Counted from the whole stretch's first letter, positions 29,689-40,293 are shown. The stretch is 62,834 bases of DNA, filler included, from Candidatus Hydrogenedentota bacterium (GCA_040752395.1; 4 parts of 4 records of this genome joined end to end with filler, not necessarily neighbours in it), one strand, 5' to 3'. A program made the numbers and translations. The notes: a model not told the origin generated them from the sequence alone.

Positions 29689-30429
29689 CTAATATCCTTT
29701 GTGCCTTCTCCTCCTGTGTTCTATCAATTCATACATCTCTTCTATAGCTTTTGGTAATCCGACAAATACCGCTCTTGAGATGATACTGTGGCCGATATTT
29801 AATTCATTAATACCCTCAATTGCTGTGATGCGCGCTGTATTCTGATAATTCAAGCCGTGGCCTGCATTAACTATAATGCCTGCTTTTAAGCCGGTTTTAC
29901 AAGCTTTAAGAATACGATTATATTCTTCAAAAATCGCATTTCTTGTTTTTGCTTCTGCATATTTGCCGGTATGCAGTTCTACACAATCCGCTCCAATCTC
30001 TTTACAGAGTTTAACAATACTGCAATCTGGATTAATAAAGATACTCACTCTTATACCTTTATCCTGTAATTGAGGTATAACTTTATTTAATCTATTTAAT
30101 TCTTTTTTTACATCAAGACCGCCCTCTGTTGTTATCTCCTGTCGTTTTTCAGGTACTATACATACATCATCTGGTTTAACCCTTAATGCAAATTTTACTA
30201 TTTCTTTTGCTAAAGACATCTCAAGATTAAGTTTTTTATTTATTTCATTTCTGATTCTTATAACATCTTCATCCTGGATATGTCTTCTGTCTTCACGAAG
30301 ATGAACGGTTATCCCTGCAGCTTTACTTTTTTCAACAATCCGTGCAGCTTCTAAAACATCTGGTTCTCTGCCACGTCTTGCCTGTCTTAGTGTAGCTATA
30401 TGATCAATGTTAACACCAAGTAAAACCAT
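29689..30429 (-). CDS. pdxJ: Pyridoxine 5'-phosphate synthase
   Basis: LGVNIDHIATLR, HLREDRRHI, NAGHGL, NIGH. Confidence 0.97.
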   Translation of the reverse strand: MVLLGVNIDHIATLRQARRGREPDVLEAARIVEKSKAAGITVHLREDRRHIQDEDVIRIRNEINKKLNLEMSLAKEIVKFALRVKPDDVCIVPEKRQEITTEGGLDVKKELNRLNKVIPQLQDKGIRVSIFINPDCSIVKLCKEIGADCVELHTGKYAEAKTRNAIFEEYNRILKACKTGLKAGIIVNAGHGLNYQNTARITAIEGINELNIGHSIISRAVFVGLPKAIEEMYELIEHRRRRHKGY

Positions 30430-30435
30430 AGCTCT

Positions 30436-30500
30436 GACTCCTTCGAAAAACGCTGTAAGTATAATAATTTTAGGCTTCAGCCGGCTGAAGCCCGTAGTCT
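30436..30500 (-). repeat. Short repeat array supplying the pdxJ SD
   Basis: Perfect 20-bp palindrome ggcttcagccggctgaagcc plus TTACAGCGTTTTTCGAAGGAG. Confidence 0.85.
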
Positions 30501-30512
30501 AAAGTCAACATA

Positions 30513-31460
30513 TCATCTCTGGTTTTTCATAATCCTTATTTTTTCTGGTTTAATTGAAAGAACTTTTATATTTTCAGGGCTCTTTTTTACAATTACAGAA
30601 ACTAATGTCCCTGGTTTCTTTATATCATCCTGCAAAGATATAATAAAATCATCGTTGGTTAGTTCTTTAATAATCGTACTTGGTCCTTCAATCTGGAGTT
30701 CCACTGTATCAGTTGATAATTTATACAGGTTATCGTCTTCAAATTCTATATAATCCTGAATAAATCTATTAATTATTCTTTCTTTAACGTTTATAATCAC
30801 TCTTACTTCATCTTTATCAGACATTATAAACTCATTTGGTAACAAAAGTTTTAGATTAGTTTCGAAATTAGATTTTATTCCTTCAATTGAGAGACTGAGA
30901 GTTTTTAATTCCTCAATTTTATTTATGATATTTTCTGGTCCTTCAATATATACTTTGGATGGGATATTCACTATGGATTCTATTTCATAATCTTCATTAA
31001 CATCGCCTTTTATATCTGATTTAACAGCGACGGTCTTTTTTAATTTTTTAGCCAGAACTATTTTAACTTCCTGTGGGTTTATCTCCTGAACACTCATATT
31101 TTCAAGGAATCCAAAATCATCAGCGGAGAGTTTATATAAAAACGAGCCGGGTTTATTTCTATTAATGTTCAATTCTATTTCAGGTGATTGTGCACTGTAT
31201 TTTTTTAAAATATAAAGGGGTCCCTTCGCGTTTATTCTCACCTGTTTTATTGTTCCTTGAGTAACTACCAGATTGGGTGAATAATCCACAAACCTGAGGT
31301 TCACGTTTATTGTATATTCGGCCTCCTCATTAACAGCCACGATTGACCATGTAATAAAAGCAAGAAACAAACAGGTAATTATAACGCCGATATTTTTATT
31401 TAAAAATTCAGCTGTTTTTCTTTTGATTTTCTCGAGTGAATATAAGAAAGCCATAGCCAC
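30513..31460 (-). CDS. cdaR: CdaR/YbbR-domain protein
   Basis: N-terminal TM and YbbR-like repeats (PSKVYIEGP); follows cdaA. Confidence 0.85.
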   Translation of the reverse strand: MAMAFLYSLEKIKRKTAEFLNKNIGVIITCLFLAFITWSIVAVNEEAEYTINVNLRFVDYSPNLVVTQGTIKQVRINAKGPLYILKKYSAQSPEIELNINRNKPGSFLYKLSADDFGFLENMSVQEINPQEVKIVLAKKLKKTVAVKSDIKGDVNEDYEIESIVNIPSKVYIEGPENIINKIEELKTLSLSIEGIKSNFETNLKLLLPNEFIMSDKDEVRVIINVKERIINRFIQDYIEFEDDNLYKLSTDTVELQIEGPSTIIKELTNDDFIISLQDDIKKPGTLVSVIVKKSPENIKVLSIKPEKIRIMKNQR

Positions 31461-31461
31461 C

Positions 31462-32238
31462 TTATTCTTCTTGTAAATGTAAATACATATACATCATTTC
31501 TTTAAGCATTTCAGCATCAATATCACGTGAGGTAATATTGCCGCTAACAGCAACAGAGATGGTTCCTGTTTCTTCAGAGACAACTATAACCAGAGAATCA
31601 GTTTCATCAGACATCGCTATTGCTGCTCTATGTCTCGTACCATATTCTTTTTCGAGGTTTTCATCCCTGCTCACGGGTAATATACAGGATGAAGCAAGTA
31701 TCATATCCTCGCGCACAATTATAGCACCATCATGTAATGGTGTAGTTTGCGTAAAGATAGTGATAATAAGTTCAGCGGAAACCCTGGCATTCAAAATAAC
31801 ACCAGAGCCTGATTCTATATATGAATCCAGCTGAACACTCCTTTCGATAACGATTAATGCACCTATTTTTTTTCTTGCCATAACTTTAACTGCTTTGACA
31901 ATCTCTTCAACCGCGGTTTTTCTCTCTCTAATCATCAGATTCCATAATTTCCGCTGACCTATTCTTGTTAATCCCTTTCTTATCTCGGGCTGGAAAATTA
32001 CAGCCAGCACTACCACACTCACAGACCAGAACTCCTTGAACAATGCCATAACAGTCTTGAGTTTAATAAAAAATGATAATAAAAGTATCAGAATAATTAT
32101 TAAAAATCCTTTTAATAAAGCTACCACACGCGGCGTTTTAAAGAGAGAAAGGATATAATAATAAAATAAAACTACTATTAGGATATCCAGCAAATTTATC
32201 CAGAAATTATCAAAAAAATATCTAATTAAATCAAACAT
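31462..32238 (-). CDS. cdaA: Diadenylate cyclase CdaA
   Basis: Three TM helices, FQPEIR, PLHDGA, GTRHRAA. Confidence 0.95.
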   Translation of the reverse strand: MFDLIRYFFDNFWINLLDILIVVLFYYYILSLFKTPRVVALLKGFLIIILILLLSFFIKLKTVMALFKEFWSVSVVVLAVIFQPEIRKGLTRIGQRKLWNLMIRERKTAVEEIVKAVKVMARKKIGALIVIERSVQLDSYIESGSGVILNARVSAELIITIFTQTTPLHDGAIIVREDMILASSCILPVSRDENLEKEYGTRHRAAIAMSDETDSLVIVVSEETGTISVAVSGNITSRDIDAEMLKEMMYMYLHLQEE

Positions 32239-32257
32239 ATGGTGTGAGGCACACTTT

Positions 32258-32944
32258 TTAAATTAATCCTTTCCGTTTTAATCTTATCTGTTCTGAATAA
32301 GTATAATGTATAATTAAATCTCTGTCAGAATCTTTAATAGAAATATATTCTAATATTACCTTATACTCTTCTTCACTTTCTTTATCACATCTGATTATAT
32401 TAGATACTATATTTTCAAGAGGTGTTTCCTGACCTGGCAGTATAAAACTCAATAATAATTTTTTGTTTTTCTGAAATGGTTTTGATGTTTTTAAAGCAGC
32501 TCCGCCTCCACTTATATTTATGATTTTGCATGGGAGCTTTTCAAGTAAATCAATCTCTTTTTCTTCATCCCATTCTGCAGCCTCTGCATTAATCATTGTA
32601 TCAACCCTTACATAAGACCTGAACTGGAGTTTATAGATATTAAATGGGTTCATTACATATAAAAATGGTTGCGGTTCTTTCTGTGAAGCAACAAGCCGTG
32701 TCTCGAACTCGTAATTACCGTCTTTGGTATGATATCTTGCAAAAAGAAAATTGCCTATTTTAAAAGGTATCAATTCATCATCTTTTTTAGGATATTCTAT
32801 AATAAGCCCAAGTCTTGTCTTTTCAAGAACCTTACTCACATATTCACCCTTGAATTTGCCTTTACTGATTATTATATTTAAGTCTGACTCGATTGGAACA
32901 TCCAGCTTTCCTTTAAATTTTAACCGTTTGCTTTTAACCTCCAT
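32258..32944 (-). CDS. YcgR-like PilZ-domain c-di-GMP receptor
   Basis: RSYVR and NISGGG PilZ motifs; N-terminal YcgR-like barrel. Confidence 0.88.
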   Translation of the reverse strand: MEVKSKRLKFKGKLDVPIESDLNIIISKGKFKGEYVSKVLEKTRLGLIIEYPKKDDELIPFKIGNFLFARYHTKDGNYEFETRLVASQKEPQPFLYVMNPFNIYKLQFRSYVRVDTMINAEAAEWDEEKEIDLLEKLPCKIINISGGGAALKTSKPFQKNKKLLLSFILPGQETPLENIVSNIIRCDKESEEEYKVILEYISIKDSDRDLIIHYTYSEQIRLKRKGLI

Positions 32945-32951
32945 AAATTAA

Positions 32952-34511
32952 TCACCCCATTATCTCAATTACTGGTATCACTATATTTACCTCTGTACCT
33001 TTACCCTTTTCAGATATTATCTTTATCTCTCCACCCATAGCATCAATTATTTTTTTACAAACATATAGTCCGAGACCGGTGCCACTTTTCTTGGTAGTAA
33101 AAAATGGTTCAAAGATTCTCTCCTTTGTTGCCTCCTCAAATCCTTCACCTGTGTCTCTAACAGATATTTCGAGCCTGTCACTAAAAGAAGTTTTAAAATT
33201 CACTTCTATATTGCCACGAGAAGTAGCATCCAAACTATTCTGTATAAGATTATATATTACCTGCAATATTCTATCTTTGTCTATAAAAATATTTTTTATT
33301 GTATCCGTCCTACATATAATATCTATGTTCTTAACAATGGCATCTTCTTTAAAAAAATTAATAATATGGGTAGTAATCTCTCTGGTATTTACGTATTCGG
33401 GATTTAAAATTATGGGTTTTGAAAAATATAAAAGATCCTGAAGAAGCCGATTGAGTCGCTCAATCTCTTTGTTAACTATTTTTATGTTATTCTTGATGGT
33501 TTCTTTGTTATCTATATTTTCCTCGATAAGCTGAATAAATCCTGATATCAATGATAATGGGTTTCTTATTTCGTGCGTAACAGAAGCAAGCTTTTCATAT
33601 AAAAACGAGACTCTGCTCTCCCTTTCAAATTCAGTTTTAATTTTTTTAATGCTTGTTATATCCTCAAAAAAGATTAATACCCTTTTAAAATCTCTGTAAC
33701 TCATATGATTTATATTAATACTTAATACCTTCTTATTATTCTCTCTATCACTAATCTCTATCTCTTCCTTAATAACTTCCTTGCCCTTAGACTCTACAAT
33801 AATATTTATAAACTCGATGTATCTTGCTTTATCAAGTTTTAATATATTATCAAACTCTTTATCCATAGATAGTATCTTGTAAGCACAGGAATTAATCTCT
33901 TTTATGTTATATTCCTCATCAATAACAATTATACCACAGGATACATTCTCAATCACTGCTTCAACCTGTTCTTTTGTTCTTTTAAGTTTTTCTATGAGTA
34001 TGGCATTTTGTATAGCGATCGCAGCACTTTCAATAATCTCTTTTAATATTTCTATCTGCTCTGCTCTTTTTTCTTTATCAAGGGTATAATTGTTTAAATT
34101 AATTATTCCCATAGTCTTTCCAGCTATGTTCAAGGGTAATGATATAAATGAATTATCCTTATACCTTTTTCTCTTAGTAGGTTTAAATCTATCATCTTTT
34201 GTTATATTATCCACAACCACTGGTTCACCTGATTCAAAAACTTTGCCGCATATTCCCTCACCCGGTCTGACTCTTGTTTTTTTAATAATATCATCCTTTA
34301 TTCCTCGACCGCTCTGTATCTTTAGACATCCACTCTCTTCATCAAAAATCATAATAGAGCCACATTCAGCACCCATTAAATCCATAACAAAATCAAGGAG
34401 CAAATTACAGAGCATATTTAAATCAAGAGTGGAATTTAATGCCCTGATAATCTCTTGAAGCACCTTATATCTGATTACTATCCTTTCCTTGGATTCTCTG
34501 TTATTTCCCAA
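32952..34511 (-). CDS. GAF-PAS sensor histidine kinase
   Basis: GEGICGKV GAF; THEIRNPL; DTGEG; GTGLGL. Confidence 0.92.
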   Translation of the reverse strand: MGNNRESKERIVIRYKVLQEIIRALNSTLDLNMLCNLLLDFVMDLMGAECGSIMIFDEESGCLKIQSGRGIKDDIIKKTRVRPGEGICGKVFESGEPVVVDNITKDDRFKPTKRKRYKDNSFISLPLNIAGKTMGIINLNNYTLDKEKRAEQIEILKEIIESAAIAIQNAILIEKLKRTKEQVEAVIENVSCGIIVIDEEYNIKEINSCAYKILSMDKEFDNILKLDKARYIEFINIIVESKGKEVIKEEIEISDRENNKKVLSININHMSYRDFKRVLIFFEDITSIKKIKTEFERESRVSFLYEKLASVTHEIRNPLSLISGFIQLIEENIDNKETIKNNIKIVNKEIERLNRLLQDLLYFSKPIILNPEYVNTREITTHIINFFKEDAIVKNIDIICRTDTIKNIFIDKDRILQVIYNLIQNSLDATSRGNIEVNFKTSFSDRLEISVRDTGEGFEEATKERIFEPFFTTKKSGTGLGLYVCKKIIDAMGGEIKIISEKGKGTEVNIVIPVIEIMG

Positions 34512-35835
34512 TGCAAAATCTCCTGAATATAGCGTTTAAACTTTCTTCAGTATAATCCCGACCAAGCAGCTCTGCAATATATTCATTTGCTCTTCTTATA
34601 TCCTCTGCTAAAATCTCTTCTCCTTTATTTCCCTCTGCATCTTCAACAAATCTCTTGAGACTTGTTTTTGCTTTGTATATAAGTTCCTTCTGCCTGAATG
34701 ATATATAAAATTTTGTCTCAAGTTTATGTTCCTTCATAAATATATTATATATCTTTTCTTTAAGTAAATCTATATTTTTTCTTATCAGGCAGGAGATACC
34801 AAGGCTGTTTTTTGGATATTCTGGCAGTTCTTCGATTAAATCAATTTTGTTCCATACAAATAATCTTTCAGCACGTAATTCCATCTTCATTAATATCCTG
34901 TCGCCATCAGTTATTCCTCTTGTAATATCCAATAGATGTATAATAGCATCTGCTTCTTTAATAACATTAAAACTTTTGTTCATACCGATCTTTTCAATTG
35001 ATTCAGGATTTGGTCTTATACCAGCAGTATCTATCAATTTTGTATAAAGACCGTTTATACTCAAACTCTCTTCTATATAATCCCTTGTAGTTCCTTCACA
35101 TGGATGAACAATTGCTCTGTCTTTGTCCAGTAAGACATTTAACAAACTCGATTTACCAGCATTCGGTATACCTGCTATAGCGACTTTAACTCCGTCAAAT
35201 ACTTTTTCACTATAAAAATGTGATTCCATTAACGATGACAATTTATGCTGTACCCAACCAACTTTTTTAAGAAGAGAGGTAATATCGATCTCATGTATCT
35301 CTTCTTCAGGAAAATCTATTCGGGCTTCTATCTCTGTTCTTATATCAACAAGAACATCCATTATTTTATCAAGATTTTTTTTTAGATCACCTTTTAATAC
35401 TCTTAAACTCGATTTAATAGCTTCTAAATTCGGTGCTTCTGTTAAAGCTGCAACAGATTCAGCCATTGTTAAATCTATCTTTCCATTAAGAAACGCTCTC
35501 TTTGTAAATTCACCTGGTAAGGCATATCTCACGCCATCAAGTCTCAACGCGATCTCAATTGTTTTCTCCACTATAATAGGGTTGCCATGTAAAAATATTT
35601 CAATCATCTCTTCACCTGTATAGCTTAAGCCATTTTCATAAAAAATAAATAATACCCTATCTATTAAATTACTTTTTTCGTATATCTCTGCTAAATAAAT
35701 CTTTCTCGGCTCTATTAGTGAAGTAAATATTTTTGCGATACTTTTAAATTTATTAAGACAGCCATCTCCACTTAAACGTATTATCGAAATTGCGCTCCTT
35801 TTAAGCGGTGTAGCAGGTGCGATTATTACACTCAT
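34501..35835 (-). CDS. mnmE: tRNA modification GTPase MnmE
   Basis: GEFTKRAFLNGK, GIPNAGKSS, DTAG, FCIGK. Confidence 0.96.
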   Translation of the reverse strand: MSVIIAPATPLKRSAISIIRLSGDGCLNKFKSIAKIFTSLIEPRKIYLAEIYEKSNLIDRVLFIFYENGLSYTGEEMIEIFLHGNPIIVEKTIEIALRLDGVRYALPGEFTKRAFLNGKIDLTMAESVAALTEAPNLEAIKSSLRVLKGDLKKNLDKIMDVLVDIRTEIEARIDFPEEEIHEIDITSLLKKVGWVQHKLSSLMESHFYSEKVFDGVKVAIAGIPNAGKSSLLNVLLDKDRAIVHPCEGTTRDYIEESLSINGLYTKLIDTAGIRPNPESIEKIGMNKSFNVIKEADAIIHLLDITRGITDGDRILMKMELRAERLFVWNKIDLIEELPEYPKNSLGISCLIRKNIDLLKEKIYNIFMKEHKLETKFYISFRQKELIYKAKTSLKRFVEDAEGNKGEEILAEDIRRANEYIAELLGRDYTEESLNAIFRRFCIGK

Positions 35836-35837
35836 TT

Positions 35838-36473
35838 CTAATATACTTTTTCTTGCGGTATCACAATAATCCTTCTTCTATGCCCCTCTCCTATACTTTT
35901 GGTTGTAACGCCTTTTATTTCAGATAAATAAATATGCAGATATTTTCTATCACCTGGTGACATAGGCTCAAGTTTGATAGCTCTGCCACTGCTCTTTACT
36001 TTTCTTGCAACATCTTCTGCTAATCTTTTCAAAGACTCATTGCGCTTCTCCCTGTAGTTGCCAACATCAAGTATAACTCTCTTACTTGTTCCCATCTTTA
36101 TAGAAAGAATTGTATTAATAATATATTGTAAAGCTGATAAAGTCTTACCTCGTTTTCCTATCAAAAGAGAGGAATCATCCTCTGTTAGAATATTAATAAA
36201 TGTTCTTTCTTCTTCTCTTATTGTATCGAGTTTTACATCAAACCCCATTTTCTTTAAAATCTCTTTTATTAAATTTTCAGCTGATTCTTCCTCTGTTCTT
36301 TTAAGTTTTATTCTCACTCTTGCTTTTTTATAGCCTACCAGCCCAAATAAACCAGGGGTACCATCATCTAATACTTCATATTCAATCTCGTTTCTTTGAA
36401 TATTTTTACTCTTTAAAAAATCTTCAATTACCTCCTCAACATTCTTTCCCTCTAATATAAACTCATTCTCCAT
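35838..36473 (-). CDS. jag: Jag/KhpB RNA-binding protein (KH + R3H)
   Basis: GLFGLVG, LIGKRGKTL, R3H motif RKYLH. Confidence 0.93.
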   Translation of the reverse strand: MENEFILEGKNVEEVIEDFLKSKNIQRNEIEYEVLDDGTPGLFGLVGYKKARVRIKLKRTEEESAENLIKEILKKMGFDVKLDTIREEERTFINILTEDDSSLLIGKRGKTLSALQYIINTILSIKMGTSKRVILDVGNYREKRNESLKRLAEDVARKVKSSGRAIKLEPMSPGDRKYLHIYLSEIKGVTTKSIGEGHRRRIIVIPQEKVY

Positions 36474-36478
36474 AATAG

Positions 36479-36608
36479 TCCTCCTCTGAAAAACATTGTA
36501 ACTCTAATGATATCAAGTAGAAGCAAGAAGCAAGAAGCAAGATAACGCAAAAACGCAATAACCCAATAACCCAATAACCCAATAGTGTAGAGCGCAAACG
36601 CGCTCATG
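36479..36608 (-). repeat. Modular repeat array between yidC and jag
   Basis: GTAG hairpin, (AACCCAAT)n, (AGAAGCA)n, terminal CAGAGGAGG SD. Confidence 0.92.
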
Positions 36609-38348
36609 TTAACTCTTTCTAAACTGCCCTGATGTTATCATCTGCTGAATTATCTGTAAAATATTTGAAATAGTAAAGTATAAATATAAACCTGATGGAA
36701 AATTCCATAATAAAACAGTCAAAATAAGAGGCATAAATTTCATCATAGCCTGTTGCTGTTTCTGCTCTTCTGTCACGGCTGGTGGCATACCTATCTTAGA
36801 ACTTAAATGCATAGTTATAGCATAAAGTATCGGTAAAATATTGATGTTCCGACCCATAAAATTCGATAATAATGGGATCTCAAAAGGTAAAAGATATACT
36901 GTATCAGGTAAAGATAAATCAGTTATCCATAAGCAAAAATTAGCTCCACGTAATTCAACCGCGTTCCTTAAAGCAACAAAAAGACCAACAAATATAGGTA
37001 TCTGTAATATCAGAGGTAAACAACCTCCCATAGGATTGACACCACTCTCTTTATATAACCTCATTATAGCTTTATTAAACTCATCTTTTCTATCAGCATG
37101 GCGTTGTTTAAGTTCTTGCACTTTAGGTTGTAACTCCTGCATCTTTTTCATAGACTTTATACTATGATGTGTTAAAGGATATAAAACTATACGAACAAGA
37201 ATAGTCAATAATATTATTGCCACACCATAGTTTGGTATTATATTATACAGCCACCTCAATAATATAACCATCCCTCGTGCTATAGAAACAGGAAGAATCC
37301 AGGGTTCTAAACCATCAAGCGGTTTTAATGATTTATCGACTTTGAGTAACTCCTCTGTCCTTTTATCACCTGCATAAATAAATCCAGAATATCTGAATGA
37401 TTCACCTTGTTTTAACTGGAATTCAGGTAACATCAGATAACCCTCTTTCTCATTGTTTTCATCTATAATAATCATCAGACCCGAAGCAACAGGTACAGGA
37501 AACATAGATATCAGAAAGTATCTATTTTCAAGTCCTAATGTTTCGATAGTTCCTCGATAAACCTCAATAATTTTTTTGCCTTTCTTCTTCTCAGGATCTG
37601 TTCGTTTAAATTTACCATCAATCCTGTAAACAAAATTTTCATTATATAAACTTTTTTCTATATAAGAAACCTCATTTTGACCCATACCCCTGCCTAAATA
37701 AAGAAATAAACTTCCATTAATAACACCTTCATCTGTCTTTAACAATGACTGTTTTATTGTTACCTCTTTATCATTTAAGTTAATAATTTCTACATCTGTA
37801 TTTATGAGATATCTATCTTTATCAATAAGATATATTTTTCTTATTAAAAGGTTTTCTGGCAGCGTTGAACCCCCTTTTATTCTTTTAGTAGTATATTCGA
37901 ATATAACACTATCTCCCTCTTCTCGATAATAATATGCATCGCTCATCTGTCCAAAATAAGAAGGGTCTTCAGTAAGTAACATTATAGCTGATCTGTTATC
38001 AATCTCACCAGGACTACCAATCAATCTAACATTCTCCCCTTTCTTTGTTTTATATTTTTTTAAGATTATTTGTTTTATCTTTCCGCCTTTATTTGAAAAC
38101 TCTATATCCATAAGGTCATTGCTTTTATGTACTAAGACCTCGCTATCTGGCAGATTAAAACTCAAAGGTATTATTGGGGTGGTTATTTTTGTTTCCACTT
38201 TAATTGTATCAGTTAATATTACTGAGGTATCATAAGTCTCTTGAAGAGACTTTGGCTGGGTAGAATAATAATACGTTGTCATTACCCAGTTATAAACAAA
38301 AAGAATAATAGTTGAAATAATTATCGCTAAAATTAATCTTTTTTCCAT
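36609..38348 (-). CDS. yidC: Membrane protein insertase YidC (start revised to MEKRL; upstream extension is repeat-derived)
   Basis: NYGVAIILLT, NPMGGCLP, WITDLSLPD; synteny. Confidence 0.95.
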   Translation of the reverse strand: MEKRLILAIIISTIILFVYNWVMTTYYYSTQPKSLQETYDTSVILTDTIKVETKITTPIIPLSFNLPDSEVLVHKSNDLMDIEFSNKGGKIKQIILKKYKTKKGENVRLIGSPGEIDNRSAIMLLTEDPSYFGQMSDAYYYREEGDSVIFEYTTKRIKGGSTLPENLLIRKIYLIDKDRYLINTDVEIINLNDKEVTIKQSLLKTDEGVINGSLFLYLGRGMGQNEVSYIEKSLYNENFVYRIDGKFKRTDPEKKKGKKIIEVYRGTIETLGLENRYFLISMFPVPVASGLMIIIDENNEKEGYLMLPEFQLKQGESFRYSGFIYAGDKRTEELLKVDKSLKPLDGLEPWILPVSIARGMVILLRWLYNIIPNYGVAIILLTILVRIVLYPLTHHSIKSMKKMQELQPKVQELKQRHADRKDEFNKAIMRLYKESGVNPMGGCLPLILQIPIFVGLFVALRNAVELRGANFCLWITDLSLPDTVYLLPFEIPLLSNFMGRNINILPILYAITMHLSSKIGMPPAVTEEQKQQQAMMKFMPLILTVLLWNFPSGLYLYFTISNILQIIQQMITSGQFRKS

Positions 38349-38371
38349 CTTCTTTCGTTGTCTTTCTTTTT

Positions 38372-38402
38372 CGTTATCTTGCTTCTTGCTTCTAAATCTC
38401 AC
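38372..38402 (-). repeat. AGAAGCA module in sense orientation upstream of yidC
   Basis: agaagcaagaagcaagataacg on the minus strand; inverted relative to 36526-36547. Confidence 0.75.
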
Positions 38403-38416
38403 CTATAATTGTTGGC

Positions 38417-38626
38417 TTACCTGACCGGGTCTTCGCCTCCTTCTGAAAACGGGTTACATCTTAATACTCTCCAAAGTGTTAGTAAACCACCTTTTATTAT
38501 ACCGTACTTTTCAATAGCTTCATAACTATATTGAGAGCAGGATGGGATAAACCTGCAAGAGCGTGGTAATAACCCTGAAATATATTTCTGATACCTTCTA
38601 ATCAAACCTAATACAATTCTTTTCAT
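38417..38626 (-). CDS. yidD: Membrane protein insertion efficiency factor YidD
   Basis: [22 protein letters not shown]. Confidence 0.95.
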   Translation of the reverse strand: MKRIVLGLIRRYQKYISGLLPRSCRFIPSCSQYSYEAIEKYGIIKGGLLTLWRVLRCNPFSEGGEDPVR

Positions 38627-38969
38627 TTATGAAAATTCCTGCTTTATTTAATAAATTTATCAAAATCTCCTCTGCTGTAACAAAATTAGTATTTTTTATA
38701 TCAGGGGATACAAGAATGAGAATGTCAGAGTGAGATTTAATTTTATATTGATTTATCCTGAAAGCTTCTCTAAAATATCGTTTTACCCGATTTCTATATA
38801 CAGCGTTGCCCAGTTTTTTCGGGGTTAAAATTGCAAATCTTGAAATTGATAATCCATTCCCAAGATAATATAATTTTGTATTCTTAATCTGCACTCTTTC
38901 TCCTTTTTCAAATAATCTCTTAATCTCATTCCTTTTAAGTTTGTTGATAGAGAGTCTGGGTTCATACAC
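38598..38969 (-). CDS. rnpA: RNase P protein component
   Basis: [14 protein letters not shown]. Confidence 0.93.
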   Translation of the reverse strand: MYEPRLSINKLKRNEIKRLFEKGERVQIKNTKLYYLGNGLSISRFAILTPKKLGNAVYRNRVKRYFREAFRINQYKIKSHSDILILVSPDIKNTNFVTAEEILINLLNKAGIFINEKNCIRFD

Positions 38970-39096
38970 TTATACGTTTTCTCCCCTTTCTTCTTCTATT
39001 GTTTAAGATTTTTCTACCCTGTCTTGTTTTCATCCTTTTTCTAAACCCGTGTTTCTTTTTTCTTCGACGGTTATGTGGTTGATAAGTTCTCCACAT
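38962..39096 (-). CDS. rpmH: 50S ribosomal protein L34 (below the ORF-track cutoff)
   Basis: Translated by hand: [44 protein letters not shown]. Confidence 0.97.
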   Translation of the reverse strand: MWRTYQPHNRRRKKKHGFRKRMKTRQGRKILNNRRRKGRKRISV

Positions 39097-39102
39097 TGCG
39101 AA

Positions 39103-39430
39103 CCTCCTCTGAAAAACATTGTAACTATAATAATATCAAGTAGAAGCAAGAAGCAAGAAGCAAGATAACGGAAGAAGTGAGAGGTGTCAGGACGGGCTAC
39201 AGGCTACAGGCTACGGACTACAGCCGGCTGGAGCCAAAAGCCCAAAGCCTGCTGAAAAGTCTTGAGTCTCGAGTCCTGTTTTGACTCACGACTTGCGACT
39301 TGTGACTCTTTTCATATCATCTTTAGTTTTTCATACCTTGTGTAGAGCGCAAAAACGCAATAACGCAATAACCCAAGAACCCAAGAACCTAATAGTGTAG
39401 AGTGCAAACCGCGCTCATGACGACTCCTTT
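39103..39430 (-). repeat. Modular repeat array upstream of rpmH, supplying its SD
   Basis: Complete module series from AAGGAGTCGTCATG to TTTTTCAGAGGAGG. Confidence 0.92.
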
Positions 39431-39919
39431 AAAGAAGTAAACAACTTTAATTTTTTAATCCATGCCTCTATTTCAGACTTTATGCTGTTAAAAATTTCTT
39501 CGTTGCGTATAACTAATGGTTTCATTTTTAACCATCTTATTTCAAAGGTATATGCCTGGCGAAAAAAAATGCCTGAACTCAAGATATTTTACTATTTCTT
39601 CTCTTATTTCTTTTGAAATAACCGCTGGTCTTTTCTTGGTTGGTACCGTCATTATATCGATTAATTCTTTATGCCAGTAACCGTCCTTTTTTAAACTCTC
39701 GTTAAATTCTACTATAATTCTTTTAAAAATATTTTCAATTCCTGTATAATAAGAATGTAGAAATGCGGCTAAAGCTGATATTTCAACAACACCAGGGACC
39801 TCATTTTTACATTTTTTAATTAAAAGTTTATGTGTTTCAATCAATTTTTCAATTTGGTGTAATTCAAGTTCGATCTGCTTTATAACCTTATTGTTATCCA
39901 ACACGATATAACTCCTCAC
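39415..39919 (-). pseudogene. HEPN toxin with a frameshift in a T8 run and a degenerate active site
   Basis: Removing one T at 39562-39569 gives FRHFFRQAYTFEIRWLKMKPL..SLKESS*, collinear with the 21194 paralog. Confidence 0.8.
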
Positions 39920-40217
39920 TATCGTTTTTTAAATACTCAGTAAATATTGTTTTCTCATCAAGATCAATTAAATCAACCGGCCGTTTTAATACATCAGTGA
40001 TTTTTGCCATTATCTCAAAATATCTTTCTTCAGGTAATCCTGATACAGCGATATCAACATCAGAGTAAACTGAAAATCTGTTTTTCAATATTGAGCCAAA
40101 TAAATATATATCTTTTGCTCCGTAGCCTTTCAATATAGAGATAGTCTTATCGATTTTTTCTTTTATATTCGCTTCTATTTTTAAGTAATTATTTTTATTT
40201 ACACTAATACTTTTCAT
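39894..40217 (-). CDS. MNT antitoxin
   Basis: YLFGSIL..SDVDIAVSGL..PVDLIDL. Confidence 0.88.
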   Translation of the reverse strand: MKSISVNKNNYLKIEANIKEKIDKTISILKGYGAKDIYLFGSILKNRFSVYSDVDIAVSGLPEERYFEIMAKITDVLKRPVDLIDLDEKTIFTEYLKNDSEELYRVG

Positions 40218-40293
40218 TGTTATCTTTTATATTTCCTTTTTCTCAATTCTAATTTCTTATTTTTACATATCATCTCATATAAAAAAGCAGGAA

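Noticed and set aside
38349-38402. N-terminal extension of YidC (MRFRSKKQD..)
   Set aside because: Encoded by the AGAAGCA repeat module; MEKRL is the typical YidC start
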